64,000 nt of DNA from Thermomonas sp. (GCF_023953935.1 NZ_JAMLIW010000008.1:26067-90066), one strand, 5' to 3'; positions 44,120 to 54,432 are shown, counted from the stretch's first letter. Made by a program: numbers and translations. The notes: generated by a model not told the origin, from the sequence alone.

Positions 44120-44991
44120 GTACCAGCACGGACACCAGCGTCATCGCGGCCCGCGGGCTGCGCAAGGCGTACAAGAACACCCTCGCCCTCGATGGCGCCG
44201 ATTTCTCGATCCCCGCCGGCCGCATCGTCGGCCTGATCGGCCCCAACGGCGCCGGCAAGACCACGGCGCTCAAGGCCATCCTCGGTCTGACCCAATTCGA
44301 GGGCGATTTGCGGGTGTTGGGCAAGGACCCCCGCAGCCAGCGCGACGCGCTGATGCAGGATGTCAGCTTCATCGCCGACGTCGCCGTTCTGCCGCGCTGG
44401 ATCACGGTGACCCAGGTCATCGAATTCGTGGCCGGGGTCCATCCGCGCTTCAACCCGGCGCGCTGCCATGCACTCCTCCAGGGCACCCAGCTCAAGCCGA
44501 AGATGCGGGTGCGGGAAATGTCCAAGGGCATGATCGTGCAGCTGCACCTGGCGCTGGTGATGGCCATCGACGCCCGCCTGCTGGTGCTCGACGAGCCCAC
44601 GCTGGGACTGGACATCCTCTACCGCAAGCAGTTCTACCAGCGCCTGCTGGAAGACTATTTCGACGAGGAAAAGACCATCCTCATCACCACCCACCAGGTC
44701 GAGGAAATCGAGCACATCCTCACCGACGTGATGTTCATCCAGCAAGGCAAGGTCGTGCTCAACGCCAGCATGGACACGCTGGGCGAACGCTACGTCGAGG
44801 TGCTGGTGAACGCCGACCGGCTGGACGCCGCGCGCGCACTCAAACCCATCGACGAACGTGCCCTGCCGTTCGGCAAGACCGTAATGCTTTACGACGGCGC
44901 CAGCCCCGACCAGCTTTCCGGTTTGGGCGAAACCCGCACGCCGGGCCTGGCCGACCTGTTCGTCGCCACCATGAAAGGGACCTACGCATGA
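44116..44991 (+). CDS. ABC transporter ATP-binding protein
   Basis: ATGA overlap with the GntR stop. Walker A GPNGAGKTT, Walker B LLVLDEPT, and a signature-like MSKGM. Confidence 0.92.
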   Translation: MSTSTDTSVIAARGLRKAYKNTLALDGADFSIPAGRIVGLIGPNGAGKTTALKAILGLTQFEGDLRVLGKDPRSQRDALMQDVSFIADVAVLPRWITVTQVIEFVAGVHPRFNPARCHALLQGTQLKPKMRVREMSKGMIVQLHLALVMAIDARLLVLDEPTLGLDILYRKQFYQRLLEDYFDEEKTILITTHQVEEIEHILTDVMFIQQGKVVLNASMDTLGERYVEVLVNADRLDAARALKPIDERALPFGKTVMLYDGASPDQLSGLGETRTPGLADLFVATMKGTYA

Positions 44992-46031
44992 ACGCCATCG
45001 TTGAATCCGCGCCGACCGTCAAGGCCACCGCCCACCCCACCCACAAGCTCAAGCTGTTGCTCAAGCGCGAGTACTGGGAGCATCGCGGCGGCTTTTTCTG
45101 GGGGCCGCTGGTGGCCGGCATCATCACGGTGCTGATGCATCTGATCGGCCTGGTCATCGCCGAAGTCCTGCTGCGCCAGGCGCTTGCCGGCAGCGGCAGC
45201 GCCGGCGGCGGGAAGTTCGTGATCAACGGCCTGGACCTGAACAGCATCAGCGCGCAGATGTCACCGGCCGAACAGCAACATCTGGTCGACCTGCTCGGCA
45301 TCGGCGCGTTCAGTGCCATGTTCTGGCCGATGGCGGTGCTGGGCTTCGTGGTCTTTTTCTACTGCCTTGGCGCCCTCTACGACGACCGCAAGGATCGCAG
45401 CGTGCTGTTCTGGAAGTCGCTGCCGGTGTCCGACCGTGACACCGTCCTGTCCAAGTTGCTGGCCGCGCTGGTGCTGGCCCCGGTGCTGGCCACCGGCATT
45501 GCAATCGTCGCCATGATCGCGCAGATGCTGATTACCAGCGTGTTCATCCTGATCCACCACGGCAATCCGCTGGCCCTGGTCTGGAGCCCGCGGGTGCTGC
45601 TCGGCAACGTCGGGATCGTGCTGGCCGCGCTGCCGCTGTACGCCCTGTGGGCGCTGCCCAGCGCCGGCTGGCTGCTGCTGTGCTCGGCCTGGGCCAAGAC
45701 CAAGCCGTTCCTGTGGGCGATTGCATTGCCGGTGGTGGCCGGCGGCGTCCTCAGCTGGCTGGACTACGGCAGCAGCTTCGACCTGCACAGCAAATGGTTC
45801 TGGAAGAACGTGGTGGCGCACCTGCTGGGCGGCGTGTTCCCCGCGTCCTGGGCCAGCGCGATGAATCCGGCCATGTTCCGGGGTGCGGCAGCGGGGGAGA
45901 TGGGCTACGCCGGCATCCTGCAAGCCATGTCCAGCGTCCTTTCATCGCCGCAGCTGTGGCTCGGCGCCGGCGTCGGCATCGCCATGATCACCGCCGCCAT
46001 CCGCCTGCGCCGCTGGCGCGACGAAGGCTGA
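44988..46031 (+). CDS. ABC-2-type transporter permease (polytopic membrane protein)
   Basis: ATGA overlap with the ATPase stop. 347 aa with ~6 hydrophobic helices. Its position in a YtrA-type operon supports the call. Confidence 0.75.
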   Translation: MNAIVESAPTVKATAHPTHKLKLLLKREYWEHRGGFFWGPLVAGIITVLMHLIGLVIAEVLLRQALAGSGSAGGGKFVINGLDLNSISAQMSPAEQQHLVDLLGIGAFSAMFWPMAVLGFVVFFYCLGALYDDRKDRSVLFWKSLPVSDRDTVLSKLLAALVLAPVLATGIAIVAMIAQMLITSVFILIHHGNPLALVWSPRVLLGNVGIVLAALPLYALWALPSAGWLLLCSAWAKTKPFLWAIALPVVAGGVLSWLDYGSSFDLHSKWFWKNVVAHLLGGVFPASWASAMNPAMFRGAAAGEMGYAGILQAMSSVLSSPQLWLGAGVGIAMITAAIRLRRWRDEG

Positions 46032-46058
46032 CCCTTCCCCGCCGACCCGGAGACTGCA

Positions 46059-46844
46059 ATGAATGTCATTCGCCCCATGGCCCTTGCCCTGCTCGCCTCG
46101 GTATCTCTGGCCGCCTGTAGCCGACCAACGCCAGCACCGGCACCGGCAACGCCCCCCGTGGCATCGCCGACCCCGACCGCAGCCCCGGCTCCGGCCACCC
46201 AGCCCGCGGTCGGCAGCGTGCCGGCTCAGGCCAGCAGCGATTCGGGCCTCGGCGTGATCGGCCAGCAGGTCGATCAGGCCTTCGCCCAGGCCAGCCGCAC
46301 CATGCGTTCGTCCAATATCAGCCTCAACAACGGCTTCGATATCCAGGTGGGCGGCAAGCAGATCAACGGCCGCGCCGGCGGCCTGCCCAAGGCGGAAATC
46401 ACGCCCGCGGGCGACCTGTTGATCGACGGCAAGCCGGTTGCGATCACGCCGGCCCAGCGCCAGCAATTGCTGGCCTACCGGGAGCGGGTGTTTGCCGTGG
46501 CCGATGCCGGGATGAACGTCGGCGCGCGCGGGGTGGACATCGCCGGCAGCGCGGTGCTCGGGATTCCGGGCCTGATCTTCGGTGGCGACAATGCGCGCCA
46601 GGCCTACGAGGCGCGCATGAAGGCCGAAGGCGAGAAGATCGAAGCCGCGGCGCGCGGGTTGTGCGAACTGTTGCCACCGATGCACGCCAGCCAGCAGCAA
46701 CTGGCCGCCTCCCTGCCCGCGTTCCGGCCCTATGCCACGATGACGCAGGTCGATGTCGACGAGTGCATCAAGGACTCGAAGGTGGGATCGGTCGATTCCC
46801 GCACCGGCTTGGGCCGTGTGGACAACGAGGGCAGCACCGACTGA
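46059..46844 (+). CDS. lipoprotein, DUF2884/YggN-like (family from memory)
   Basis: Lipobox LAAC after MNVIRPMALALLASVS, then a Pro/Ala/Thr-rich linker. GGAG upstream; 27 nt after the permease. Confidence 0.6.
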   Translation: MNVIRPMALALLASVSLAACSRPTPAPAPATPPVASPTPTAAPAPATQPAVGSVPAQASSDSGLGVIGQQVDQAFAQASRTMRSSNISLNNGFDIQVGGKQINGRAGGLPKAEITPAGDLLIDGKPVAITPAQRQQLLAYRERVFAVADAGMNVGARGVDIAGSAVLGIPGLIFGGDNARQAYEARMKAEGEKIEAAARGLCELLPPMHASQQQLAASLPAFRPYATMTQVDVDECIKDSKVGSVDSRTGLGRVDNEGSTD

Positions 46845-46911
46845 TCAGAGCGACGGCGCACGCGGCGCGGCCTCGACCTCGCACGAGCTTCCCGAAACCA
46901 CGCCGGGCGCA

Positions 46912-48222
46912 TCAGAGGCGTTCCAGCGCGAACCCGCTGCCGCGCGCCAGAACCTCGAACCCCGGGAAGGACGTGGCCACGTTGGCCACATCGAGGATGT
47001 CCACCTGGCCCGCGGCCATCTGCGCCGCCACCGCGAAGGCCATCGCGATGCGGTGGTCGCCGTGGCTGTCGACGCTGCCGCCTTGCAGCACGCCAGGATG
47101 GATCGTCGCGCCATCCGCGGTTTCATCGACGCCAATGCCCAGCGTTCGCAGCCCGGCGGCCATCACCCCGATGCGGTCCGACTCCTTCACCCGCAGTTCG
47201 GCGGCACCGCGCACCACGGTCGGGCCGTCGGCGCAGGCAGCGGCGATGAACAGCGCCGGAAATTCGTCGATCATGTCCGGCACCAGCGCTTCCGGTACTT
47301 CGATCCCGCGCAGCGGCGCGTGCCGCACCACCAGATCGGCCACCGGCTCGCCGCCCTGAACGGATGCGTTCTCTTCGTGGATGTCCGCGCCCATCGCCCG
47401 CAGTGCCGCCAGCAGCCCGGTCCGGCGCGGATTCAGGCCCACCTGCAGCAGTCGCAGTTCGGAACCCGGCACGATGCTGGCTGCGACCAGGAAGAATGCC
47501 GCCGAGGAAAAATCCGCCGGCACCGAAACCTCCGTGGCAGCGAGCCGCTGGCCGCCGCGGAGCCGGGCGTGGCCGGGTGAAAATGCGATATCAACGCCGA
47601 ATGCGGAAAGCATCCGCTCGGTGTAATCCCGGGTCGGGTGCGGTTCGCGCACCACGGTGTCGCCTGCGGCATACAGCCCGGCCAGCAGCAGCGCGGACTT
47701 GACCTGCGCGCTGGCGATTTCCAGCCCATGGTCGCTGCCGACCAGCGCCTGCCCGCCCCTGATCCGCAGCGGAGGCCGGCCGTCCGCGGCGGTGTCGATG
47801 CGGGCCCCCATCCGCGCCAGTGGCTCGGAGATCCGGCGCATCGGTCGCTTGCACAGGGAGGCGTCGCCGGTCAGGACCGAGTCGAACGTCTGCCCGGCCA
47901 ACAGACCCGCCAGCAGCCGCATCCCGGTGCCGGAATTGCCGCAATCCAGTGCGCCCGCAGGGGCGCGCAGCCCGTCCACGCCGACGCCGTGCACGATTCG
48001 CTGCGAGGAGGACGGGGTTTCGATCCGTACCCCCAGCTTTGCGAAGATCGCCGCGGTGGCGCGGGTGTCCTCGCCTTCCAGAAATCCGTCGATCCGCGAA
48101 ATTCCGTCGGCCAGCGCCGCCAGCATCACCGCCCGGTGCGAGATCGACTTGTCACCGGGAATCGCCAAGGTCCCGCGCAGCGCTGCGCCCGGCCCGGCTC
48201 GCCAGTTCTGCACCGCGCTCAT
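46912..48222 (-). CDS. aroA: 3-phosphoshikimate 1-carboxyvinyltransferase (EPSP synthase)
   Basis: ~436 aa from the ATG at 48222 (ATGA overlap with the hisC stop). LRGTLAIPGDKSISHRAVMLAALA and further EPSPS motifs. Confidence 0.95.
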   Translation of the reverse strand: MSAVQNWRAGPGAALRGTLAIPGDKSISHRAVMLAALADGISRIDGFLEGEDTRATAAIFAKLGVRIETPSSSQRIVHGVGVDGLRAPAGALDCGNSGTGMRLLAGLLAGQTFDSVLTGDASLCKRPMRRISEPLARMGARIDTAADGRPPLRIRGGQALVGSDHGLEIASAQVKSALLLAGLYAAGDTVVREPHPTRDYTERMLSAFGVDIAFSPGHARLRGGQRLAATEVSVPADFSSAAFFLVAASIVPGSELRLLQVGLNPRRTGLLAALRAMGADIHEENASVQGGEPVADLVVRHAPLRGIEVPEALVPDMIDEFPALFIAAACADGPTVVRGAAELRVKESDRIGVMAAGLRTLGIGVDETADGATIHPGVLQGGSVDSHGDHRIAMAFAVAAQMAAGQVDILDVANVATSFPGFEVLARGSGFALERL

Positions 48223-49331
48223 GCGAGGATCGTGCCCAGCGCCACCAGCAGCCGCGCGTTTTCCTCGGCGGTACCGACGGTGATGCGCAGGCAATCGGCC
48301 AGCCCGTAGCCCGCCATCGGACGCACCACGATCCCGCGCCGGATCAGCTCCGCCTCGACGCGGGCGGTCTCGGGGCCGAACTCGACCAGCAGGAAATTGG
48401 TCTGCGAGGGCGTCACCGGCAGTCCCCAGGCGTGCAGTGCAGCCGCCAGCGCCTGCCGCTGCACCCGATTGTCTTCCAGGGCCGCGCGCAGATGCCCTTC
48501 ATCACCCAGCGCGGCTTCGGCCGCGGCCAGTGCGAGCGCGTTGACGTTGAAGCTTTCGCGCACGCGCTCCATCACCGCAATGCAGTCCGGGTGGGCAAGC
48601 GCATAGCCCACCCGCGCGCCGGCAAGGCCGTAGGCCTTGCTGAAGGTGCGGGTGACGATCAGGTTCGGGTGCGCGGCCAGCAGCGGCAGCGCGCTGGCGT
48701 AATCGGCGGCATCGACATATTCGGCATAGGCCTCATCGACGACCACCAACACCCGCGCGGGAACCGCGGCCAGGAACGCGGCAAACGCCTCACCACCAAA
48801 CCAGGTGCCGGTGGGATTGTTGGGATTGGCCAGATAGACCAGCTTGGTGCGCGAACTGATCGCTGCAAGCAGCGCGTCGAGATCGTGCCCGCGGGGCATC
48901 GCGTGGTCGTGCGGATTGGCGGTCGCGGCGATGAGCGTCGCACCGGTCGCCTGCGCGGCCAGCGCGTACACCGCAAACCCGAACTGCGAGGCCACCACCG
49001 CGTCATCGGGGCCGGCGAACACCTGCGCGCACTGCATCAGCAGCTCGTGCGAGCCGTTGCCGAGCACGATGTTTTCAACGCCTACGCCGTGCTGCCGCGC
49101 CAGCGCGCGTTTGAGATCGCCGCCCAGCGGGTCCGGGTACACGTGCAGGCGTTCCAGCGCGACGGCGGCGGCCTGTTTCGCGCGCGGGCTGGCGCCATAC
49201 GGATTTTCGTTGGAGCCCAGCTCGACCAGGGCCTGCGCGGCCTGCCGCCGCAGCGCGACCAGATCATGCCCGGGATCGTAGGCGCGCAGGCCCCGGATGC
49301 CGGGGACCGCGAGCTGGCCGAAGTCGATCAC
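48219..49331 (-). CDS. hisC: histidinol-phosphate/aromatic aminotransferase (class II PLP enzyme)
   Basis: 370 aa with LGSNENPYG, VVDEAYAEY and TFSKAYGLAGARVGY (PLP lysine). Lies between pheA and aroA, like hisC2 in pseudomonads. Confidence 0.85.
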   Translation of the reverse strand: MIDFGQLAVPGIRGLRAYDPGHDLVALRRQAAQALVELGSNENPYGASPRAKQAAAVALERLHVYPDPLGGDLKRALARQHGVGVENIVLGNGSHELLMQCAQVFAGPDDAVVASQFGFAVYALAAQATGATLIAATANPHDHAMPRGHDLDALLAAISSRTKLVYLANPNNPTGTWFGGEAFAAFLAAVPARVLVVVDEAYAEYVDAADYASALPLLAAHPNLIVTRTFSKAYGLAGARVGYALAHPDCIAVMERVRESFNVNALALAAAEAALGDEGHLRAALEDNRVQRQALAAALHAWGLPVTPSQTNFLLVEFGPETARVEAELIRRGIVVRPMAGYGLADCLRITVGTAEENARLLVALGTILA

Positions 49332-50662
49332 GTGATCGCCACCGGATAGGAGCCGAGCACGCGCACCTCGTTGCCATGTTCGGCGATCTCGTCCAGGGCA
49401 TCCTTGAGCGGCGCCACCTGACTATGGCCGGAGACATCGATGAAGAACGCATACTGCCATTTGTAGCCGTGCTCGGGGCGCGACTCGATCCGGTTCATGC
49501 TGATGCCGCGTCGTGCCAATGGTTCGAGCACGCCGTACAGCGCGCCGGGGCGGTCGCGGATGAACACCAGCAGGGAGGTGCGGTCATTGCCCGACGGCGG
49601 GAACATCTCGCGCCCGATCACCAGAAAGCGGGTGGTGTTGTCGGCGCGGTCCTCGATCGGCCCGGCGATTTTCTTCAGCCCGTACACCACCGCCGCCGAC
49701 TCACCAGCAATGGCTGCCGCATCGTCGGCGCCGCGCGCCCGGCGCGCACCCTCGGCATTGCTCGACACCGGAATCTTTTCCGCCTTCGCCAGATGCTTGC
49801 GCAGCCAGCCGCTGCACTGGCCCAGCGTCTGCGGATGCGCGAACACGCGCTCCACGTCCTCGATGTGGCCGCCGCGCGATTGCAGGTACTGGTGGATCTG
49901 CAACTCGATTTCGCCGCAGATCCGCAGCGGCGAGCTCAGGAACATGTCCAGCGTCACCTGGATCGTGCCCTGCCCGGAATTCTCCACCGGCACCACGCCG
50001 AAATCCGCGCTGCCCGAGGCCACTTCGGCGAACACTTCCTCGATGCTGCCCATCGGCAGCCCGTGCGCCGAGTGGCCGAAATGCTTGTACACCGCCTGCT
50101 GGCTGAAGGTGCCCTCGGGCCCGAGATAGCCGATCTTCAGCGGCTCCTGCTGGGCCAGGCAGGCCGACATGATCTCGCGGAACAGCCGCACCAGTTCCTC
50201 GTCCGAGAGCGGGCCGTCGTTGCGGTCCACCACCTGCCGCAGCACCTGCGCCTCGCGCTCGGGGCGGTAGTAATCGACCGCCGCCGCCAGCTTGCCCTTG
50301 GCCTTGCCGACCTGGTGCGCCCAGTGCGCGCGATCGGCGATGAGCTGCTGGATCTGGCGATCGATGCCATCGATTTGCGCGCGCACCTGCGACAGGTCGG
50401 GCTTTTTCTGGTCGCCGCTTGCTTGCGGATTGGCGCCAGCCGACGTGGTCTCGATGGCAGCGCTTCTGGCACTCCGCTTGCGCGGGGACGGCGCCGCGCC
50501 CGGTTTTTGCTCGTCACTCCCGCGCAAGCGGGAGTCCATGGACGTTTCCTCACCAGGGCCAGTGCCCTTGGATTCACGACGTCCAGCGTCGTGAAAAGCG
50601 GCCCGCTTGCGCGGAGACGACGGCTTCACGACTTTCAACGACTCGTCTTTTTTCCTAGCCAT
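49328..50662 (-). CDS. pheA: bifunctional chorismate mutase / prephenate dehydratase (P-protein); 5' end uncertain
   Basis: CM domain ([20 protein letters not shown]), PDT domain ([14 protein letters not shown]) and ACT domain. In-frame ATGs at 50662 and 50539 both give a 45-85 aa basic extension encoded by REP-like palindromes. Confidence 0.88.
   Translation of the reverse strand: MARKKDESLKVVKPSSPRKRAAFHDAGRRESKGTGPGEETSMDSRLRGSDEQKPGAAPSPRKRSARSAAIETTSAGANPQASGDQKKPDLSQVRAQIDGIDRQIQQLIADRAHWAHQVGKAKGKLAAAVDYYRPEREAQVLRQVVDRNDGPLSDEELVRLFREIMSACLAQQEPLKIGYLGPEGTFSQQAVYKHFGHSAHGLPMGSIEEVFAEVASGSADFGVVPVENSGQGTIQVTLDMFLSSPLRICGEIELQIHQYLQSRGGHIEDVERVFAHPQTLGQCSGWLRKHLAKAEKIPVSSNAEGARRARGADDAAAIAGESAAVVYGLKKIAGPIEDRADNTTRFLVIGREMFPPSGNDRTSLLVFIRDRPGALYGVLEPLARRGISMNRIESRPEHGYKWQYAFFIDVSGHSQVAPLKDALDEIAEHGNEVRVLGSYPVAIT
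50471..50618. repeat. three REP-like palindromic units in alternating orientation (BIME-like) inside the 5' part of the pheA ORF
   Basis: ACTCCGCTTGCGCGGGGA (50471-50488), ACTCCCGCGCAAGCGGGAGT (50516-50535, perfect 8-bp stem, inverted) and GCCCGCTTGCGCGGAGAC (50601-50618). They translate as SPRKR / DSRLRGSDE / SPRKR. Confidence 0.7.
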
Positions 50663-51740
50663 GACGCTTTTGGAACTCCTGCATGAAATCGACCAATGCC
50701 TGCACCCCGGATTCCGGCAGCGCGTTGTACAGCGAGGCCCGCATTCCACCCAGCACGCGGTGGCCCTTGAGCCCGATCAGGCCGGCCTGCTTCGCCTCGG
50801 CGACGAACACCGGATCCAGCGCGGGGTCGTGGACGAAGAACGGCACGTTCATCCGCGACCGCGCGCGTGCCGCCACCTCGTTGCGGTAGTAACCGCCGGA
50901 GCCGTCGATCGCGGCGTACAGCAAGGCCGCCTTGCGCGCATTGCGATTGGCGAATTCGGCCACCCCGCCCTCATCGCGCATCCAGCGCAGGCACAGCCCG
51001 AGCAGGTACCAGTTCCAGGTCGGCGGGGTGTTGAGCATGGAGCCGGCCTTGGCCTGGGCGCGGTAGTCGAGGATCGGCGCGCGCGGCTGGCCGGCGCGTT
51101 CGAGCAGATCGCGGCGCACGATCAACACGGTGATGCCGGCCGGGCCGAGGTTCTTCTGCGCACCGGCGTAAACGACCCCGAAGCGGCTGATGTCCAGCGG
51201 CTCGGAGGCGATCGACGAGCTGAAATCCGCGATCACCGGCGCGCTGCCGAACTCCGGCAGCTGGCGCCATTCCACCCCGTGGATGGTCTCGTTCGCGGTC
51301 AGGTGGACGTAGGCCGCCTCCGGCGAGAGTCGCCATTCGCTGCGCTCGGGCAGATCGCGAAACCCGCCGTCTTCGCTGCTCGCGGCAATCCGCGCATCGA
51401 TCACGGGCGCCGCCTGCCGCAGCGCGGTCTGCCCCCAGTGTCCGCTCACCACGTAGTCGGCGGCCTGCCCCGGCGCGGCGAAGTTGAGCGGCAGCAGCGC
51501 CTGCACCGTGGTCGCCCCGCCGCTGGTGAACAGCACCGCATATTCGTCCGGGACCGTCAGCAGCGCGCGCAGGTCGGCCTCGGCGCGCTGCGCCAGCGCC
51601 ATGAAGTCGGCGCCGCGATGGCTGATTTCGAGCACCGAGGCGCCGCAGCCGCGGTAGTCCAGCAGCTCGTCCTGCGCCTGCTGCAACACCGCTTCGGGCA
51701 AGGTGGCCGGACCTGGACTGAAGTTGAAGGCGCGCGTCAT
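50655..51740 (-). CDS. serC: phosphoserine aminotransferase
   Basis: 361 aa from the ATG at 51740 ([19 protein letters not shown]). ..[14 protein letters not shown].. contains the PLP lysine. Confidence 0.95.
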   Translation of the reverse strand: MTRAFNFSPGPATLPEAVLQQAQDELLDYRGCGASVLEISHRGADFMALAQRAEADLRALLTVPDEYAVLFTSGGATTVQALLPLNFAAPGQAADYVVSGHWGQTALRQAAPVIDARIAASSEDGGFRDLPERSEWRLSPEAAYVHLTANETIHGVEWRQLPEFGSAPVIADFSSSIASEPLDISRFGVVYAGAQKNLGPAGITVLIVRRDLLERAGQPRAPILDYRAQAKAGSMLNTPPTWNWYLLGLCLRWMRDEGGVAEFANRNARKAALLYAAIDGSGGYYRNEVAARARSRMNVPFFVHDPALDPVFVAEAKQAGLIGLKGHRVLGGMRASLYNALPESGVQALVDFMQEFQKRHG

Positions 51741-51837
51741 GGACATTTCCGGCGGTCGGATTCCGCCAGTATGCCGCAGCGCAGCACGGCCGCATGGGCC
51801 GAAGGCCATGCTCGATCAATGACCGGCGGCTATCGGC

Positions 51838-52110
51838 CTAGAACTTTTCCGTCAGCACGCGGCGGATCTCGCTTTCGATCGGCTCCTTGAACATTGCCGC
51901 GAAAAACCCGAGCTTGGCCTGTACGTGCAGTTCGTCCGCGCCCAGCGCAATCTGCCCATCCACGCCGGGGCGCGAGAAGTTCAGCACATCGCCCTCCCAG
52001 GTGTAGTCGATCCCGAACCGCTCCGCGAGCTTGACGGCCACCTCGTCGACGGCCTTTTTTGCCTTGGCCCGGGACAGGGAATGGGCGTGCCGGATATCGA
52101 TGCGGGACAT
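51838..52110 (-). CDS. putative polyhydroxyalkanoic-acid system protein (PHA_gran_rgn family)
   Basis: 90 aa. The pattern MSRIDIRHAHSLSRAKAKKAVDEVAVKLAERFGIDYTWEGDVLNFSRPGVDGQI matches my memory of that small family. Confidence 0.75.
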   Translation of the reverse strand: MSRIDIRHAHSLSRAKAKKAVDEVAVKLAERFGIDYTWEGDVLNFSRPGVDGQIALGADELHVQAKLGFFAAMFKEPIESEIRRVLTEKF

Positions 52111-52280
52111 GCGTGGCCAAGGCTCCGAAAGAATTGCGTCGGGGACCGCGGCAGCCGCGGCGTGGTCGGGGTTTGGCCCATGCTAGCAGCCTGCCGCGTT
52201 GTTGAAACGGGGCCTTCCGTCTTCCACACCCGTGCGCGGGCCACGCGCCATGCCGGCTCAACCTGCTAGATTGCGCGACG

Positions 52281-53060
52281 ATGAAGCATCCGTTCCTGCG
52301 ATTTTGTGACGACAGTCGGCCCGACCTTGCGCTGGAGGCCGGCGTGCTGGCCTTCGGTCGCGATGGCGCGGGCCAGCTCGCCCCGATTGACGCCCAATCG
52401 CCTTGGCTGCTGCAGCTGAGCAATGACCGCCGCGGGATCTGGCTGACGGTCGCCGAGCCGCTGCGCGGCGTCCATGTCAACGGCCGCCCGATCCAGCAGC
52501 TGGCCATGCTGCGGGCCGGCGACTGCATCCACGTGGCCGGGCGCAAGCTGCTGCTGCTGGCCGAAGTGGACTCGCGGCCGGCGACCGAAATCGCCCCGCC
52601 GCAGGACCCGGCCGCCAGCGTGCGCCTGGTTCTGCGCGGCGTCGGTGGCCGCCACCACGGCCGCAGCATCAGCCTCGACCGGCCCTGCCGGATCGGCAGC
52701 GCCGGCGACGCCGAGCTGCGGATCGAAGGCCACGGCATCCTGCCGCAGCACGCCCTGGTCGAGGTCGACAACGGGCAAGTCCTGCTGCACGCGCAGGCGG
52801 ACACGGTGCAGGTCAACGGCCGGACGGTGCGCGAGGCCGTGCTCCTCGGCGGCGACCAGCTCGCGTTCAGCCCGCAGCACCGCTTCGTGCTGGAAGCCCC
52901 GCCCGCGCCGGTGCCCCTGCCGCACCGGGACGCACGGGACCTCGATGCTGCACCCGCGCCGCCGCCGCGCGGCTGGGCCAGCCGGGTCCCGTGGCTGCTG
53001 GTGGCCGCGGCCCTGCTGGCGGTCGGCCTGTCGGCGCTGCTTGTCTTCGGTCCTCGCTGA
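52281..53060 (+). CDS. FHA-domain protein with C-terminal transmembrane anchor
   Basis: 259 aa. FHA-like core CRIGSAGDAELRIEGHGILPQHALVEVDNGQVLLHAQADTVQVNGRTV, a weaker FHA-like N-terminal half, and C-terminal TM WLLVAAALLAVGLSALLVFG. Confidence 0.8.
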   Translation: MKHPFLRFCDDSRPDLALEAGVLAFGRDGAGQLAPIDAQSPWLLQLSNDRRGIWLTVAEPLRGVHVNGRPIQQLAMLRAGDCIHVAGRKLLLLAEVDSRPATEIAPPQDPAASVRLVLRGVGGRHHGRSISLDRPCRIGSAGDAELRIEGHGILPQHALVEVDNGQVLLHAQADTVQVNGRTVREAVLLGGDQLAFSPQHRFVLEAPPAPVPLPHRDARDLDAAPAPPPRGWASRVPWLLVAAALLAVGLSALLVFGPR

Positions 53061-53122
53061 CGCGCACGACGCGACCGCGCCGCCTCCGCTACACTCGCCA
53101 GGTCAGCACACAAGGCAGGCGC

Positions 53123-54355
53123 ATGCTTTCGATCCACACGGCGCGCGATCCGGGACCCAAACAACGCCATCCGCGGATTGGTCTGGCGATCGCCGGCGGC
53201 GGGCCGGTCGGGGCGATGTACGAACTGGGCGTGCTGCGTGCGCTCGAGGAAGCCTGCGACGGCCTTGAACTCACCCGGCTGGATGGCTACGTCGGGGTCA
53301 GTTCCGGCGCCTTCTTCGCCGCCGGCCTGGCCAACCGCATGGACACCGCGGAGCTGTGCCGGATCTTCCTGAAGGGCGAATGCACCGATGCGTCCTTCTC
53401 GCCGGAGATCTTCCTGCAACCGGCATTTCGCGAATACCTCAAACGCGCGGCGGCAGCGCCCCGGCAAGGCCTGCGCCTGCTCCACGACCTGGTGACGCCG
53501 GATACCGGCTCGCGCTGGTCGGAGCTGCTCAATCGGCTTGGCGGACTGATTCCGACCGGATTGTTCGACAACGCCCCGATCGAGCGCTTCCTGCGCGAGC
53601 TGTTTTCGCACAAGGGCCGCAGCAACGACTTCCGCAAGCTCAAGCGGCCGCTGTTCGTGATCGCGGTTGACCTGGACAGCAGCGAAACCACCTGCTTCGG
53701 CGGGCCGGGCTGGGACGACGTGCCGATTTCCAGTGCCGTGCAGGCCAGCTCGGCCCTGCCCGGCCTGTACCCGCCGGTCGAACTGCGCGGACGCAACTTC
53801 GTCGATGGTGCGCTGCGCCGCACGATGCACGCTTCCATCCTGCTCGAGCGCGACGTCGACCTGTTGATCGGCATCAATCCGCTGGTGCCGTTCAATCCGA
53901 CCCGCGAAGCCGGCCAGACCCGCTACGGCGACCGCCAGATCGCCCAGGCCGGGCTGCCGGGCGTGCTGTCGCAAACCCTGCGCACCATGCTGCAATCGCG
54001 GATGCAGGTCGGTCTGGCCCGCTATCCGCAGCAGTACCCGCACATCAACCAGGTCGTGTTCGAGCCCAACGCGATCGATCGCGAACTGTTCTACACCAAC
54101 ATCTTCAGCTTTTCGGCGCGGCAGCGAATTTCCCAGCTCGGCTATCGCAACACCCTCGACGACTTGCGCAACCGGCGTGAACTTCTGGAACCGCTGCTGG
54201 CGCGGCACGGCATCGGCCTGCGTGAGGAGGTGCTGGCCGATCACGGCCGCGTCCTGCTCGATGCCCTGCCCGCCGGCGTGCGCCGGACCGAGACGACCGC
54301 CCGGCTCGCCCGCAACCTGGACGACATCGAACACCTGCTGCAGCGCGTGGTGTGA
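53123..54355 (+). CDS. patatin-like phospholipase
   Basis: 410 aa from the ATG at 53123. Oxyanion GGGPVG (LAIAGGGPVGAMYELG), nucleophile GVSSG, catalytic Asp in FVDGALRR. All three patatin motifs are intact. Confidence 0.9.
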   Translation: MLSIHTARDPGPKQRHPRIGLAIAGGGPVGAMYELGVLRALEEACDGLELTRLDGYVGVSSGAFFAAGLANRMDTAELCRIFLKGECTDASFSPEIFLQPAFREYLKRAAAAPRQGLRLLHDLVTPDTGSRWSELLNRLGGLIPTGLFDNAPIERFLRELFSHKGRSNDFRKLKRPLFVIAVDLDSSETTCFGGPGWDDVPISSAVQASSALPGLYPPVELRGRNFVDGALRRTMHASILLERDVDLLIGINPLVPFNPTREAGQTRYGDRQIAQAGLPGVLSQTLRTMLQSRMQVGLARYPQQYPHINQVVFEPNAIDRELFYTNIFSFSARQRISQLGYRNTLDDLRNRRELLEPLLARHGIGLREEVLADHGRVLLDALPAGVRRTETTARLARNLDDIEHLLQRVV

Positions 54356-54432
54356 AAGCTCTAGACGGACGGCGGATTCTTGGCCGCAATCCATCCAACC
54401 AACAACGCGTCACGCGACGCAGGGAAACCGTC

